A stretch of 64,000 bases of DNA, from IMG/VR virus record IMGVR_UViG_3300048903_000225. The stretch is one strand, 5' to 3'. Position 1 is the stretch's first letter, and each line of letters starts with the position of its first letter. The notes below the pieces were generated by a model that had not been told where the DNA came from, did not search any database, and worked only from the letters and a program-made list of their open reading frames with translations. Positions 50,501 through 61,351 of this stretch are shown here, one piece after another. The translations under genes and the position numbers were made by a program. The stretch comes from a virus.

Positions 50501-53500
50501 TACGGAGTCCCCGATGCGTTCACCGCGCCGTAGAGCGACGTTGCCGAAGCGCCGGCCGCAATGCGCAGCAAGATTCCATACTCGTAATTGGAGCCGGCGG
50601 TAAGCCCCGAGACGGTCGTGTTGGCGATCCCGAGATGACCGGCCGTCGTGCCCGGCGACGGGTAGCCAGTCGACGTTGCCGTGGTGTCACAGATGGTCTC
50701 GGGACCAGCGTCGGTCCACGAGGTGCCGCCCACGAGCCGATAGACGATCTTGCCGTAGAGGGTGCAAGTCGAGGTGCCGCTGCTCACCGACGGGGTGTTG
50801 AAGGTGATGTCGGCGTTGAAGGTAGCATTGCCGCCCGAGCTGGCCGTCACGCTGGAGGTCGCCGTCGGCGATGAGGCGTAGCTGGTCGACACCACCGACG
50901 ACGGAAAGGCGCTGACGCTGGAGCTGCTGCCGGAGCCGCCTCCCGCGCCTCCGGTGATGTTCTTGTTGATTGTCACCCGCTTCTTCTGAGCCACGCCGTT
51001 GTAGGTGCCGGTGATGTCGATCCATCCCGAGACGCCGCTGCCCGTCGCCGTAATCTGGAAAACGCCCCCGGAGTTGATCGTCGCGGTGCAGTTCGTGGCA
51101 GCGAGCGTCCACGTCGTCGTTGCCGAGACGTCGGAGTTTGCGACAACGAGGGTCGCCTTGCCGCTGACCGGCAGCTGGCCGGGCATGGCGTTGCCTGAGG
51201 AGTCCGCGTTGATGCTGAAACTGGCGTTGTCCACCGAGATCGAGGTGGTGTTGGGGTTCTTCACCTGCCGCCAGAAATCGTTCTCCTCGGACGGAAGAGT
51301 CGGCGGAGGCGTGCCGTCCCACGGGAGATCAGAGGTATAGATCCAGGTCGCTCCCTGGTCGACGGCCAGCTCGCCCTTGCTGTAGCTGTGACCGGGGTCG
51401 AGCGCAGCGCCGTCCCTCCAGATCTGACCCATCGACGGGCGCGTCTGATCCGGGCCGAAGGCTACCGTGAAGTCGGCCTTGAGCGGCTCGGAGTAGAGGC
51501 CGCCACGACTGATCGTGCAGATTTCAACGTGATGCGCGCCGGGCGCGGCATTCACCAGCTCCCAGATCGGCAGCTGAGTCTTCTCGATCACCGTGTTCAG
51601 GGCACCGCCATTGATGCTGTGCTGGACGCGGAAGCCGGAGATGTAGGCACCCGGCGGTCGCTGCCATTGCGCCATCAGGGTGGTGATGACGCCCGTGTCC
51701 GACGGCGTGCTGATCTGTGTCAGGACCGTACCCGACTCCGGCAGTAGCGGCATCGGCACCGCACCACGAAGATCCTGAAATACGGTGTCGTCGTTGGTGA
51801 CGTTGTCGGCAGCGTCGTATTTTCCGGTGTCGATATTGATGGCGCTGATCGCGATCTTCTCACCGTCATCCTGCGGCGAAACGCCCGTCACCCGGAACAG
51901 CCGAGGGAGCGTGACAAGATTGGTAGCCTCCAGCGCGATCGTCAGGTTCTCGTCCACGTCCGTCGGAAGAGCGGTGTCGAGATAGATGATCTTGACGTTG
52001 CCACGCTGGCTGGAGCTGTTGGTGATGTTGCGGCTGACCACCAGCGTCGGCTTCGTCCAGTCGATGCTGGTCGGCTGCGTCGGTGCTTCGGGCGTATAGG
52101 CCGCGTTCGGCATCGCGAACTTCATGGTGTAGTCGACGCCGACCTCAAGCCGCAGCGGATCGCGAACGGTGATGGTCTTGCGATCGGCGGAGATCGCGAT
52201 CATTCGCCCGGTGGTGCGCTTGTCACTGTCACCGAGATCGCCGTCGGCGATCAGGATGGTGGACAGCGGCTCGACATTACGGCCACGCCGATTGGTGGTG
52301 AAGTTGACGATCTTCGTCTCATTGACCGTGCTCCGCAGACGGAGCTTCACACGGCGCAGAGCCTCCTGCCGTCCGGTGCAGCCGACCAGCGCAATGGTCG
52401 TTGGCTTGCGGCCAATGTTGGCGATCGAGGGGCTGTCGAACAGGCGCACCGCATCCTGCCGGTAATCCATCTCGGCGTTGAGGAACTGGCCGATGATGTC
52501 GTTGAACCGGGTGTCGACATCCGTGTGGCTGTAGACGAACTCGTCGATGATGTTGTCGAGCGTGAAGATGTCGACCGGATTGTCCGGCTTGTCGACCTTG
52601 CAGCGCCACTCGCCGTCGCCCTGATCCCACACCAGAGCGCCGACGCCGCCCGCGAGATACCGAATGAAATCTTCCGCCTTCTGCGGCTGAGAGATCGCGA
52701 TGTTGATCGAGTAGCGAGGCTCCATGCCGCCCTTGCCGTCGGGCACCAGTGTCGAGCACCACTTCGAGAGATCGAGGGCATCCCACTTGTTGAGGTAGGA
52801 GCCGGTCGCGATCAGCGAGAGGCCGGACAACGAGTCTGAAATGGCATCGTTGATCACCCACGCCGGATCATTGACGAACGCCTTCGACCACGAGCCATCC
52901 CAAAGACCGGCCGTGTATTGTCGAGTGTCCGGGTTGTAGATCGTAGGCGGTGGGACCGAGACCACCTTGGTATCCCATTCGCCAGTGATCTCGGGAACGC
53001 CGGTCAGCTGATCCGAAGCCTTGCCGTAGAGCTGGAGCCACGACAGACCACGCCAGTCTTCCTGACTGCCCATCGTGTTGCCGTAGACGGCCGCCGCCGA
53101 CTCCCACTGAACGGTGCGCTTCTCCTGATCCTCGCCATCGTCGCCGCCGGTATAGGTCTCGCGCTCGATCAGACGGCAACGCAAATCCCATGCGGTATTC
53201 GCGTAGGCCCCCTCGTTCGGAACGGAGAGGCGCAACTCGTAGACGGCCGCGCTGGTCGTCTTGCCGGTGATGGCGAAGTTCTGATTGCCTGGCTTCCAGT
53301 TGCCGGAGGCGTCGTAATAGCTCCGCGGAATGAGCGTCCGAACGATGTCCGCCTTCGTGCCGCCCTGCTCGTTATAGGTGCCGGTTGGTGTCGTCAGGGT
53401 TGGATTGATCCACGTCGCTGAGCCGACCGGCTTGAGCTGAACCTCGATCGTGAGGGTCTCTTCATAGATGCCCTTCTTATCCTGCCGATACAGCTGCTCG

Positions 53501-53919
53501 ACGATGAAGCGAAGATCGATGAACTGGGCACCGGTATTGGCCAGCGTTCGCGTGACCCACGGGCCGGGGCCGGTCGGTGGCGTTGGATTGCCGCTGGAGT
53601 CGTTCGGGCCGTTCGGGTTGGACAGAGTCAAGCCGATCTGCATCGGAGCGGCGCCGGTCCCCATCTTGAGAGTGATGATCTGAGGAAATTTTGCAGGGTC
53701 ACCGTCGCCCAGCTGCGCAACGAAATCTCCATAGTTCAGGTCGCCGCTATCGTTTTCGATCGCGGTGCCATCCAGCTTGATAGACTTGAGACCGTTGGTC
53801 GGCCCCTTCACTGGGCCGATGCAAACGCCCAGCACGCCCTCGAACGTGTCGATCGAACGGAGATTATCCGGGGTCTGTTTGAAGGAAGAGCTTCCGCCCT
53901 TCGCGCCCGAAAGGATCAT
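50500..53919 (-). CDS. Tail tip / host-specificity protein J-like
   Basis: GAKGGSS...PDNLRS, WSKAFVNDPAW, EPRYSIN, TRFN, GCTGRQEALR; FnIII-like C-terminal region. Confidence 0.9.
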   Translation of the reverse strand: MILSGAKGGSSSFKQTPDNLRSIDTFEGVLGVCIGPVKGPTNGLKSIKLDGTAIENDSGDLNYGDFVAQLGDGDPAKFPQIITLKMGTGAAPMQIGLTLSNPNGPNDSSGNPTPPTGPGPWVTRTLANTGAQFIDLRFIVEQLYRQDKKGIYEETLTIEVQLKPVGSATWINPTLTTPTGTYNEQGGTKADIVRTLIPRSYYDASGNWKPGNQNFAITGKTTSAAVYELRLSVPNEGAYANTAWDLRCRLIERETYTGGDDGEDQEKRTVQWESAAAVYGNTMGSQEDWRGLSWLQLYGKASDQLTGVPEITGEWDTKVVSVPPPTIYNPDTRQYTAGLWDGSWSKAFVNDPAWVINDAISDSLSGLSLIATGSYLNKWDALDLSKWCSTLVPDGKGGMEPRYSINIAISQPQKAEDFIRYLAGGVGALVWDQGDGEWRCKVDKPDNPVDIFTLDNIIDEFVYSHTDVDTRFNDIIGQFLNAEMDYRQDAVRLFDSPSIANIGRKPTTIALVGCTGRQEALRRVKLRLRSTVNETKIVNFTTNRRGRNVEPLSTILIADGDLGDSDKRTTGRMIAISADRKTITVRDPLRLEVGVDYTMKFAMPNAAYTPEAPTQPTSIDWTKPTLVVSRNITNSSSQRGNVKIIYLDTALPTDVDENLTIALEATNLVTLPRLFRVTGVSPQDDGEKIAISAINIDTGKYDAADNVTNDDTVFQDLRGAVPMPLLPESGTVLTQISTPSDTGVITTLMAQWQRPPGAYISGFRVQHSINGGALNTVIEKTQLPIWELVNAAPGAHHVEICTISRGGLYSEPLKADFTVAFGPDQTRPSMGQIWRDGAALDPGHSYSKGELAVDQGATWIYTSDLPWDGTPPPTLPSEENDFWRQVKNPNTTSISVDNASFSINADSSGNAMPGQLPVSGKATLVVANSDVSATTTWTLAATNCTATINSGGVFQITATGSGVSGWIDITGTYNGVAQKKRVTINKNITGGAGGGSGSSSSVSAFPSSVVSTSYASSPTATSSVTASSGGNATFNADITFNTPSVSSGTSTCTLYGKIVYRLVGGTSWTDAGPETICDTTATSTGYPSPGTTAGHLGIANTTVSGLTAGSNYEYGILLRIAAGASATSLYGAVNASGTP

Positions 53920-54467
53920 GTCAGCGTGCCTATCGCAAGACCGAGCTGCTTGTCCACCTTGGTGACAGCCCGGTTGTCAACAAGATCGTCAACCTTCACG
54001 GCAGCGCCTGTGATCAGGCGCTGCTGCGGAAAGGTGACGCGCATCTCGCGATCGTCCTGTGTCCGATCAAGCGGCTCCAGCGCCGCCCAGATCGTGCCCA
54101 TCGGCTGGAGAGGGCCTTCCTTGTACTGCTTGGCGATCGGATCCATCACCTTCGTTCGACGCTGCCACAGATACTGGCCAGTCGGCTCGAACAGCCGAAA
54201 GCTCTGCCAGAGGGTGCCGATGTGCTGTTCCGAGGGGCCGTTGTCGCCGACGATGAAGGGCGCGCCGCTCGGCGCGCGCAGCACCATGCCGGATTTCACG
54301 GCGGTCAGCGGCAGGGTGCGAAGCACATGGCGAGGCTGCACGAAGACGTAGCTGGGCTGCGAATTCTGGTCGGTCTCGGAAAGGATGCCAGTAACAATGC
54401 CCGAACCTCCCTCGATCACGGTGAACGTGACCTCGAACCGTTTGCCGACCGTCTTGAGCGAGACCAT
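53916..54467 (-). CDS. Virion structural protein (head-closure/adaptor-like fold suspected)
   Basis: 183 aa between Dit and J; function from context only. Confidence 0.55.
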   Translation of the reverse strand: MVSLKTVGKRFEVTFTVIEGGSGIVTGILSETDQNSQPSYVFVQPRHVLRTLPLTAVKSGMVLRAPSGAPFIVGDNGPSEQHIGTLWQSFRLFEPTGQYLWQRRTKVMDPIAKQYKEGPLQPMGTIWAALEPLDRTQDDREMRVTFPQQRLITGAAVKVDDLVDNRAVTKVDKQLGLAIGTLT

Positions 54468-54469
54468 GA

Positions 54470-54877
54470 TCAATACCCCGGATTGTGCTCGATCAGCTGT
54501 ACTTCGAGCGGCGCGAGAAGGCCACCGGAGTTCTGCTGACCCGCAGGGACGTTGAGGGTCGTCGCGAAGCGACAGCGGATGGGCATGAAGCCGAGATGCT
54601 GATGCACGAAATTGAACGGCTTCCACTGCTCGTGTTCTTGATAGAACAGCTCCAGCCGACGGGCGTTGAATTTCGGATTGTAGAACGGATCGTAGAAGCC
54701 GCTCTTATCATCAAGATACCAGCGGATGCCGTGCAAGGTCAGCTTGAACTTGCGCTGATAAGGCGTCGTCGGCTTGGCAACGAACTGCCACCCGTTCATG
54801 GTGATCGCGGTTGCCGTCGCGTCGCGCGCCAGCGTCTCCGGCACATAGCGCTCGGGAGAGAAATCGAACGTCTCCAT
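54470..54877 (-). CDS. Distal tail protein (lambda gpM-like)
   Basis: Follows tape measure; LELFYQEHEQWKPFNFVH...CRF. Confidence 0.75.
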   Translation of the reverse strand: METFDFSPERYVPETLARDATATAITMNGWQFVAKPTTPYQRKFKLTLHGIRWYLDDKSGFYDPFYNPKFNARRLELFYQEHEQWKPFNFVHQHLGFMPIRCRFATTLNVPAGQQNSGGLLAPLEVQLIEHNPGY

Positions 54878-57800
54878 TAGCTGTCCTTCGCGATATGCTG
54901 GATCAGCCGCTTGCTGTCGCCATTCATCATGTCGTCGTTCATGATGACGAGAACGTCGTTCTTCGAGAGCGTCGGCTTCTGCTCCGGCGGCACCACGTAC
55001 ACGTTCGTCTCCGTGTGGTTCTTCATGTCGATCGAGGGCATCGACCCTAGCGTGTCGAGCGCCTTCGCGCCATGCTGATTGAGGCGAGCCATGAACTGGT
55101 TGCCGACGCTGTCGACGGCCTTCTTCTGGACGACCCACTCGCCCATCGCCAGCTTGGTGCGGACGCTATCGGCCGTGGGCGAGCCATTGGTGACTTCACC
55201 GCCCTTGAGCCGCTCGATCGGCAGGTCGGGGTCACCGATACGGCCGCCCTCGAACGTCATCACGGCACCGCCGCCACCGCCGATCGAACCAGAGGCTGTT
55301 GACCAACCGCCGCTACCGCCCGCGCCGGCCGCACCGATGCCCACGAGATTGAACAGCAGGCTCAAGATCTTCGTCGCAGCAGCCTTGGCCACGATCTGGA
55401 GCATGTACTGGATGATGCCCTTGGCGAAATTGCCGAAAGCCTGCAGCGCCGTCTGAGAGCCGTCGAGGATGTTGGTAAACATCGTCGCCAGACCGTCGCT
55501 AACATTCTGCAGCGCGCCGCCGAGGCTCATCTGAAGGTCTTGCGCGAAGGTGTTGCTGGCGCCGTTGGCGTGCTCGAAGGCAGTTGCCGCCTGATTTATG
55601 GCGTCCGTCCACGTCTTCGGGATCAGACCGTCGGCGCCGAGCTGGGCGTCAAGCGCGTCCTTCGTCGCCTGCAGATCCTTGAGCTGGGTCGTCAGCTTGG
55701 TGATCTCGTCGTTCACCGACGCAATCGCGGTCGGATCAGTCAAGGTGCCGAGCTTGTCTTGCGCCGAAGTCAGCGCGCCCTGCACCGAGGCGATGCGTGC
55801 AGGAAGCGCCGCCTGCGTCGCACGGTCGAGCGCTTCCTGCGCCTGCGCGGCACGATCTTGCGCCAGCTGCTTGGTGTAGTCCGGCACCTTGTTGCGCAGC
55901 GAATAGGCGTCGAGGCCAGTGACCTGCCCCTGCGCCAGCTTGAGATTGGCGTTCGCCGAGGAGGTGGCCAGCTCGAACGCTCGATCGGCCGCAGTGAGCT
56001 GCTTCTCGACGCTCTTGTTGATGTTGTCGGCGATCTTCTGCTGGAAATCGGCGACATTCTGGGCGATCTCCTGATCAACCTGCTGCATCCGCGCCTGATA
56101 CTGCGGGCTATTCGGACCGAATCCCTTTGCTGCCAGCTCGTCCAGAGCTTGGTTCTTGATATCGGCATTGACCTTGGTGAGCGCGTCAGTCGCCGCCTGC
56201 ACCGCCGCATTGAAGGTGCCAGTCGTGGTTGCCTTCGAGACGTCCTTGAGCTTCTTGGTCAGGTCGCTCTGGTCAAGCGTCGTCTGCGCCGCCGACAGGT
56301 CGGCGTCATAGGCGTCAGCCTGCTGATCGGTCTTGTCCTTCGAAAAGCGCGTGCCGGGGCGAACCGAAACGTGGATATGCCGGCCGGTGCCCTGATTTTT
56401 GCCGACGCCGGTCTCGAACTGGACCAGCGCGTCGATGCCCATCGCCTGCAGCTGCGCACGGATTGTCGCCGCCATGCGATTGGCTTGTGCATCGGACAGG
56501 CCCTGAACACCAAAGTCACGGGCCACGCCTCCGGTGATCGTGTGGGCAGAGGTGTCCCCAGTTGCCGGGGTTAGCCCGCGCGCGTGCAGCGCGTTCTCGC
56601 GCGCCTTCGCGGCCGGTGAGCTGTCATTGCCGCGCCCGAGGGTCAGACCAAGCGCCTGACCCACGCTGTCGATGTCGGACTGCTGAATGAGCGGACGCTT
56701 GCGAAGCTCGGCCTCCTGCCGGCGCTGCTCGGCGGCGTCGGCCTTCGCCTGCTTGATCTCTTCCTGCGACGGCTTAATCGCCGCCGCGACCTGATTGAGA
56801 AGTCCCCGCAGCGTGTTGATCGCATCCTGAACGAACTGCTTCCCGGCGCCGCTGGTCGCAGGCAGCCTGGCATTCAGCTGGCCGATGAAACTGTTGATGT
56901 CGTTGGTCAGGGCGCCGCCAGCCTTGGTGCGATCGCCCTGCGTCAGCGTGCTCAGCGCATCGAGACGAGTCGAGAAATCCTGAGACTTCTCAGTAACTTG
57001 CTGACCAAGACCCGTGCTGGCGGCAAGCGCCTGACCGCCCTGCTGCTTATCACGCTCGACTTCGCGCCGGCCGATCGCAAGACGCGACGAGTAGGTCGCC
57101 GCATCATTGAGCTTGTCCGCGGCAGCGCCAATGCGGTCGGCTGCCTCCGCCATCCGACGCGGGAAGTTGAGATCGTTCGGGTTATTGAGCGCCGACTTCT
57201 CCTGCGGCGTTAGCTTGGCCATCAGGTTGGGGTCGGCCTTGATCGCCGCGACCGTCGAGTTGAGGCTGTTCTGGTCGAGATTATTCTGCTTCTGCTGAAC
57301 GGCAACCTGACCGAAATAGGACGAAGAGAGCAGCCGGCTTTCCTCGCCGCGATACTGCCCCATCGCATTGATGAGGTCGAGATATGCGTTCTTGGTGGTG
57401 CCGAGATACTTGACAAGCCCCTCGAAGCGCGCGGTCAGCGTCACCGTTTCGGCCTGCGATCGGGTCGTGTTATTGATCAGGCTGGACTGCTGGCCCTTGA
57501 GGCGCTCCATCTCCTTGTCAACTTCGGTGATAATCTGGCCGTGCTTGTCGACCTCATCGCTCGCGTGCTTGAGGGAGTCGGCATAGACCTCCATGGACGC
57601 GCTGGTGTTCTTCGCATCCTTGTCGAGATTGCGCAGCCACGTCCCGAGCTGGAGCTTCTGGGCAATGCCGCCAACGCCATTGTTATAACCGCCATCGAGG
57701 AGCTTCTGGAGGAAATCTTCCGTCGGCTTGCTGATGTCGGTATTATACCAAGCGGCCGTACCGTTGGCATTCTGCGCCTTGATATCTTCGGCGGCCTGCC

Positions 57801-60024
57801 GAGCCTTGATCATGCGATCCGTGATCTGCTCCAGCAGGTTCTTGAGAACCGTCATCGGCCCTTCAAGATCGCCGGCAACGTCCTCTTCCACGACGTTCTT
57901 GAACCGCGTCCACTGCGCGGTGAGCGAGTTCATCGACCGCTCATTGGCAATCGCCGCCGCGCCCTGCTGGGCGAAGGAGAGCTGCAGCTCATCCATCACG
58001 TCGGTATTATTCTTCGCGACGAGATAGAAGGCCGCCGCGCGCGTCTCCAGACCATCATAGGCCTGAACCGCGCCAAAGCCCTTCTCCTTGAGGGTGTCGA
58101 GAACCGCCGCGAGACCGCGCGTCTTGATGTTGACATCATCCTGCGTGATGCCGAGCTTCTTCAGCTCGAACTCCAGCTTCTCGCTCGGGGTCTGAAGATC
58201 AACAAGGAACTGGCGAAAACCGGTGCCGATCGTCGAACCGGATTTGACACCGCCCTGCGCAACCGCACCGATCGTCGCGAGCAGCGTCTCCAGCGAGATG
58301 TTCTGCTCGTAGGCCGTGGCACCGACATACTGGATGGCCTGGCCGACCTGCGTGACCGTCAGCTTGGTGCGGTTCAGGGCCTCGGTCATGAGGTCGGCGA
58401 CGCGCGCCGCCTCGCTGGCCTGCAGCTGGAAAGCACCGAGCGCAGACGTGACCAGCTGAACCGCTTCGTCAGGGGTAGATCCCGACGCGGTGGCAAGGGT
58501 CGTGACCGCCTGCAGCACCTTGGTCATGTCGGCGGCGCTGACGCCGGCCTGCGCCAGCGTCTGAGCGATCTTCACCAGATCATTGACCGCGAAGCGCGAC
58601 GTCTCGCCAATCCCAAGGATGCTCGCCTTGAGGCTCTGCATCTCTGTGTCGGTCGAGTTCGAGATGCCCTGCAGCTTGGCCAGCTCGTCCTCAAGCGCGA
58701 CGACGTCGGTGATTTCCTGCTGCGCGGCGTTGAAGGCGCCGAAGCCGACGCCCGCGACAAGACCGTAGAGAGCGGTGTTCTGGATCGCGGTCTGCGCCCG
58801 GCCGGCGAGCGTCCGCCGATTGGCAGCGGCCTGCTCGTTTCCGATATTCTCCACGGCGCGCAGCCGGGCGCGCTCGACTTCGAGATCGGAGAGGGCGGCG
58901 TTGCGCGTCGCGTTCGTTGCGGCGGCGACCTTCTCTTCGGCGGCCGCGACCCGCGTCTTGGCCTCTGCGCGCGCTGCATCGATACCGAGATCGGCAACCT
59001 GCTGGGTCGCGAACGGACGCGCGAGAGAGACGTTCGCCTTGGTCTCGCCGCGCGCATTGGCATCGGCGATCTGCCGCTCGACGCGAAGGGTGTTCTCTTC
59101 CTGCTGGACGAGGCGCTGCGCCGCCGTGACGCGCGCCTCGGCGATCCGCAGGTTCTCACGGGCAACCTGCTGCGCTTCGTAGTCGCCTGCCGCCTGCGCC
59201 TTGCGCAGCTCGGCCAGCTGCAGCTCACGCTGAAACTGCTCGCCGATCAGAACCGTGCTGGCGTCGGCACCGGAATTGACCGTGTTGCGGACATCGGAGG
59301 CGGCCAGCGCCAGCCGGGTCTTGAGGTCGCCGCCAGTCTGCCGCGCCTCGGTCGCGGCCTTCTGCGCAGCGAGCTTGCGGCCGACATTATCCAGCTCACG
59401 GCCGAGCGACTTTTCCAGCGCAATGCGATCTGCGATACCGCGCGCTGCGGCGGCGTCGTTGCTGGCGGTCGCCTCCCGCTCACGACGAAGGTTGGCGAGC
59501 CGCGCGTCGCTGGCCACTTTGGCTTCTCGCGCGTCATCGACGTTGGTGATCCCACGCGCCTTGGCGGTGACGGCGGCGAGCGCCGCCTCGCGCCGGGCGG
59601 CGGCAACTTCCTTGGCACGCGCGATCGACGCGCGATCCTGCGACGCCTCGTAATCGGCGATTTCCTTGGCGATCTGCTTTTCGATGCTGGCCGCCTCGCG
59701 ATCCAGCTGGGCGCGCTGACCGTAGTAGGTCTTCGCCTCGATCAGCCGCTGGCGATTGGCATCCTTCTCGGCCTTGCCGTAGTCGGTGCCGCGAACGCCG
59801 CCACCTTCCTGCAGGGTCTTGAGATCGGCACGAGCCTGCCTCAGCGCCTTGATGTTGGCGTCGACGATCGTCTGGATCTGCTTGACGTCGGCGACGGTGT
59901 CCTTGCCGATCGTCTTGAGCGAGGTGGCGAACTGGTCGATACGCCGCTGGACGATGGTCATCGCGTCGTAGATCGGCTGACCCGCGACGTCGAGAATTAC
60001 GTCCTGTTCATACGGCTGGACCAT
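54877..60024 (-). CDS. Tape measure protein with embedded M15-like peptidase domain
   Basis: 1715 aa, Ala/Gln-rich helical; TP901-like core (LAQAG, ADLMTEALNRT, GTGFRQ); SAH...ARD...HIH motif. Confidence 0.92.
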   Translation of the reverse strand: MVQPYEQDVILDVAGQPIYDAMTIVQRRIDQFATSLKTIGKDTVADVKQIQTIVDANIKALRQARADLKTLQEGGGVRGTDYGKAEKDANRQRLIEAKTYYGQRAQLDREAASIEKQIAKEIADYEASQDRASIARAKEVAAARREAALAAVTAKARGITNVDDAREAKVASDARLANLRREREATASNDAAAARGIADRIALEKSLGRELDNVGRKLAAQKAATEARQTGGDLKTRLALAASDVRNTVNSGADASTVLIGEQFQRELQLAELRKAQAAGDYEAQQVARENLRIAEARVTAAQRLVQQEENTLRVERQIADANARGETKANVSLARPFATQQVADLGIDAARAEAKTRVAAAEEKVAAATNATRNAALSDLEVERARLRAVENIGNEQAAANRRTLAGRAQTAIQNTALYGLVAGVGFGAFNAAQQEITDVVALEDELAKLQGISNSTDTEMQSLKASILGIGETSRFAVNDLVKIAQTLAQAGVSAADMTKVLQAVTTLATASGSTPDEAVQLVTSALGAFQLQASEAARVADLMTEALNRTKLTVTQVGQAIQYVGATAYEQNISLETLLATIGAVAQGGVKSGSTIGTGFRQFLVDLQTPSEKLEFELKKLGITQDDVNIKTRGLAAVLDTLKEKGFGAVQAYDGLETRAAAFYLVAKNNTDVMDELQLSFAQQGAAAIANERSMNSLTAQWTRFKNVVEEDVAGDLEGPMTVLKNLLEQITDRMIKARQAAEDIKAQNANGTAAWYNTDISKPTEDFLQKLLDGGYNNGVGGIAQKLQLGTWLRNLDKDAKNTSASMEVYADSLKHASDEVDKHGQIITEVDKEMERLKGQQSSLINNTTRSQAETVTLTARFEGLVKYLGTTKNAYLDLINAMGQYRGEESRLLSSSYFGQVAVQQKQNNLDQNSLNSTVAAIKADPNLMAKLTPQEKSALNNPNDLNFPRRMAEAADRIGAAADKLNDAATYSSRLAIGRREVERDKQQGGQALAASTGLGQQVTEKSQDFSTRLDALSTLTQGDRTKAGGALTNDINSFIGQLNARLPATSGAGKQFVQDAINTLRGLLNQVAAAIKPSQEEIKQAKADAAEQRRQEAELRKRPLIQQSDIDSVGQALGLTLGRGNDSSPAAKARENALHARGLTPATGDTSAHTITGGVARDFGVQGLSDAQANRMAATIRAQLQAMGIDALVQFETGVGKNQGTGRHIHVSVRPGTRFSKDKTDQQADAYDADLSAAQTTLDQSDLTKKLKDVSKATTTGTFNAAVQAATDALTKVNADIKNQALDELAAKGFGPNSPQYQARMQQVDQEIAQNVADFQQKIADNINKSVEKQLTAADRAFELATSSANANLKLAQGQVTGLDAYSLRNKVPDYTKQLAQDRAAQAQEALDRATQAALPARIASVQGALTSAQDKLGTLTDPTAIASVNDEITKLTTQLKDLQATKDALDAQLGADGLIPKTWTDAINQAATAFEHANGASNTFAQDLQMSLGGALQNVSDGLATMFTNILDGSQTALQAFGNFAKGIIQYMLQIVAKAAATKILSLLFNLVGIGAAGAGGSGGWSTASGSIGGGGGAVMTFEGGRIGDPDLPIERLKGGEVTNGSPTADSVRTKLAMGEWVVQKKAVDSVGNQFMARLNQHGAKALDTLGSMPSIDMKNHTETNVYVVPPEQKPTLSKNDVLVIMNDDMMNGDSKRLIQHIAKDS

Positions 60025-60077
60025 CGCTCACCTGTGTGGTGGTCCGTGGTGGGATGCAAGTCTTTCGACGTCAACCG

Positions 60078-61340
60078 CTAGACGGAGTAGGCTCGCTGAA
60101 CGGGAGCGATATAATGCTTCGACCCGTGAGCCGTCGAACGGATGCGATCCTGAACCTGCCGCAGCGGCAGCATCCGACGGCCGATCTCACCGTAGGTGCG
60201 GCTGCGGAAGACCATGCTGATCGACTGGCGCGAACGATACCCACTGTCCATCGCCCACTTGTCCTTCGCCGCGAGCTGGTTCCAGCTCTCGATGACGACG
60301 CCGGGGTGCTCCTTGAGCACCATATTGTGGTGGATGTGTCCGATGTCGATGTAGCGATAATCGGTCTCGCCCCAGTCGGCGGCGAAGTCGGTCGACATGA
60401 CAGAGGCCAGCCGGTGCGGCTTGCACTTGTCGGAGTGGTGGCACATCACGAATGTGCGGCCCATTCGATAGCCAATGAACGGGGTGTGGTTATTGAGCAC
60501 GTTGACGCGCCCGGTGCTCTCGTAGACGGACCGGATCAGGACGGCCATCCAGATGTCGTTCGTTCGGCTGTGATTGCCCTGATTGATGATGACGTCGACC
60601 ATGTGGGCCTTGGTCAGCGCCTTGTCGACGATACGGCGCATCAGTCGCGCATAGACATCGACCATCTTCGGGAAGCGGCCGTCGAAATCGAGCGGATGAC
60701 CGCTCGCTTCGGTAACGCCGGCCATATTCTCGTAGTGGGTGAAATCGCCGACATCCTGGATCACCAGCCGTTCGACCATCGGCAGCTCATCGATCAGCAT
60801 GTCGATCGCGGTCGCCAGCTCCAGCTCGGCAATCTTGAGGTCGAAATTGGCACCAGTCTCCGCCTCGTGCGCGAGCATGCCCAAGTGCGCGTCGCCGATC
60901 TGGATCCACGGGATGACATCGCCATCCAGCTGGCCAAGAGGCTTGCCGGGGTTGGTGATTGGCGCCTGCTCCGCAACAAAAGCCGAGACGCCGGACTTGA
61001 TCGCTTCCAGCCACTCGATATCGTCGAGCCGGGTCTTGTTCCATTCGAGGATCATCGACCGTTCGCCGGTCTCCGGGTTCACCCGTGACAGCGTGCTCTG
61101 TCCCTTCACCACGAATGGCGCAGGGACCGGGCTGTTCATGTTGTGCTCCGGGCTGTAGCCGTGCGCAGCTGCAGCGATCCGGACATTCGCAATCGCTTCC
61201 TGCAGGGTCGAGTGGTGCTTGCCGAGATGGCGCGCCGCCTTGCGGATGCTGCCTTTGGAAGCGAGGATGGCGTCGATGTAGGTGGCTTGGACGGGCGTAG
61301 CCCATGCCTTCAGCTCCTCGGTGACAGTGGAATTGCTCAT
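60078..61340 (-). CDS. Metallophosphoesterase with N-terminal HTH
   Basis: SIRKAARHLGKHHSTLQE; IGDAHLG, VGDF, GNHS, HHSD, GHIHH. Confidence 0.8.
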   Translation of the reverse strand: MSNSTVTEELKAWATPVQATYIDAILASKGSIRKAARHLGKHHSTLQEAIANVRIAAAAHGYSPEHNMNSPVPAPFVVKGQSTLSRVNPETGERSMILEWNKTRLDDIEWLEAIKSGVSAFVAEQAPITNPGKPLGQLDGDVIPWIQIGDAHLGMLAHEAETGANFDLKIAELELATAIDMLIDELPMVERLVIQDVGDFTHYENMAGVTEASGHPLDFDGRFPKMVDVYARLMRRIVDKALTKAHMVDVIINQGNHSRTNDIWMAVLIRSVYESTGRVNVLNNHTPFIGYRMGRTFVMCHHSDKCKPHRLASVMSTDFAADWGETDYRYIDIGHIHHNMVLKEHPGVVIESWNQLAAKDKWAMDSGYRSRQSISMVFRSRTYGEIGRRMLPLRQVQDRIRSTAHGSKHYIAPVQRAYSV

Positions 61341-61351
61341 GGACGTTATCC

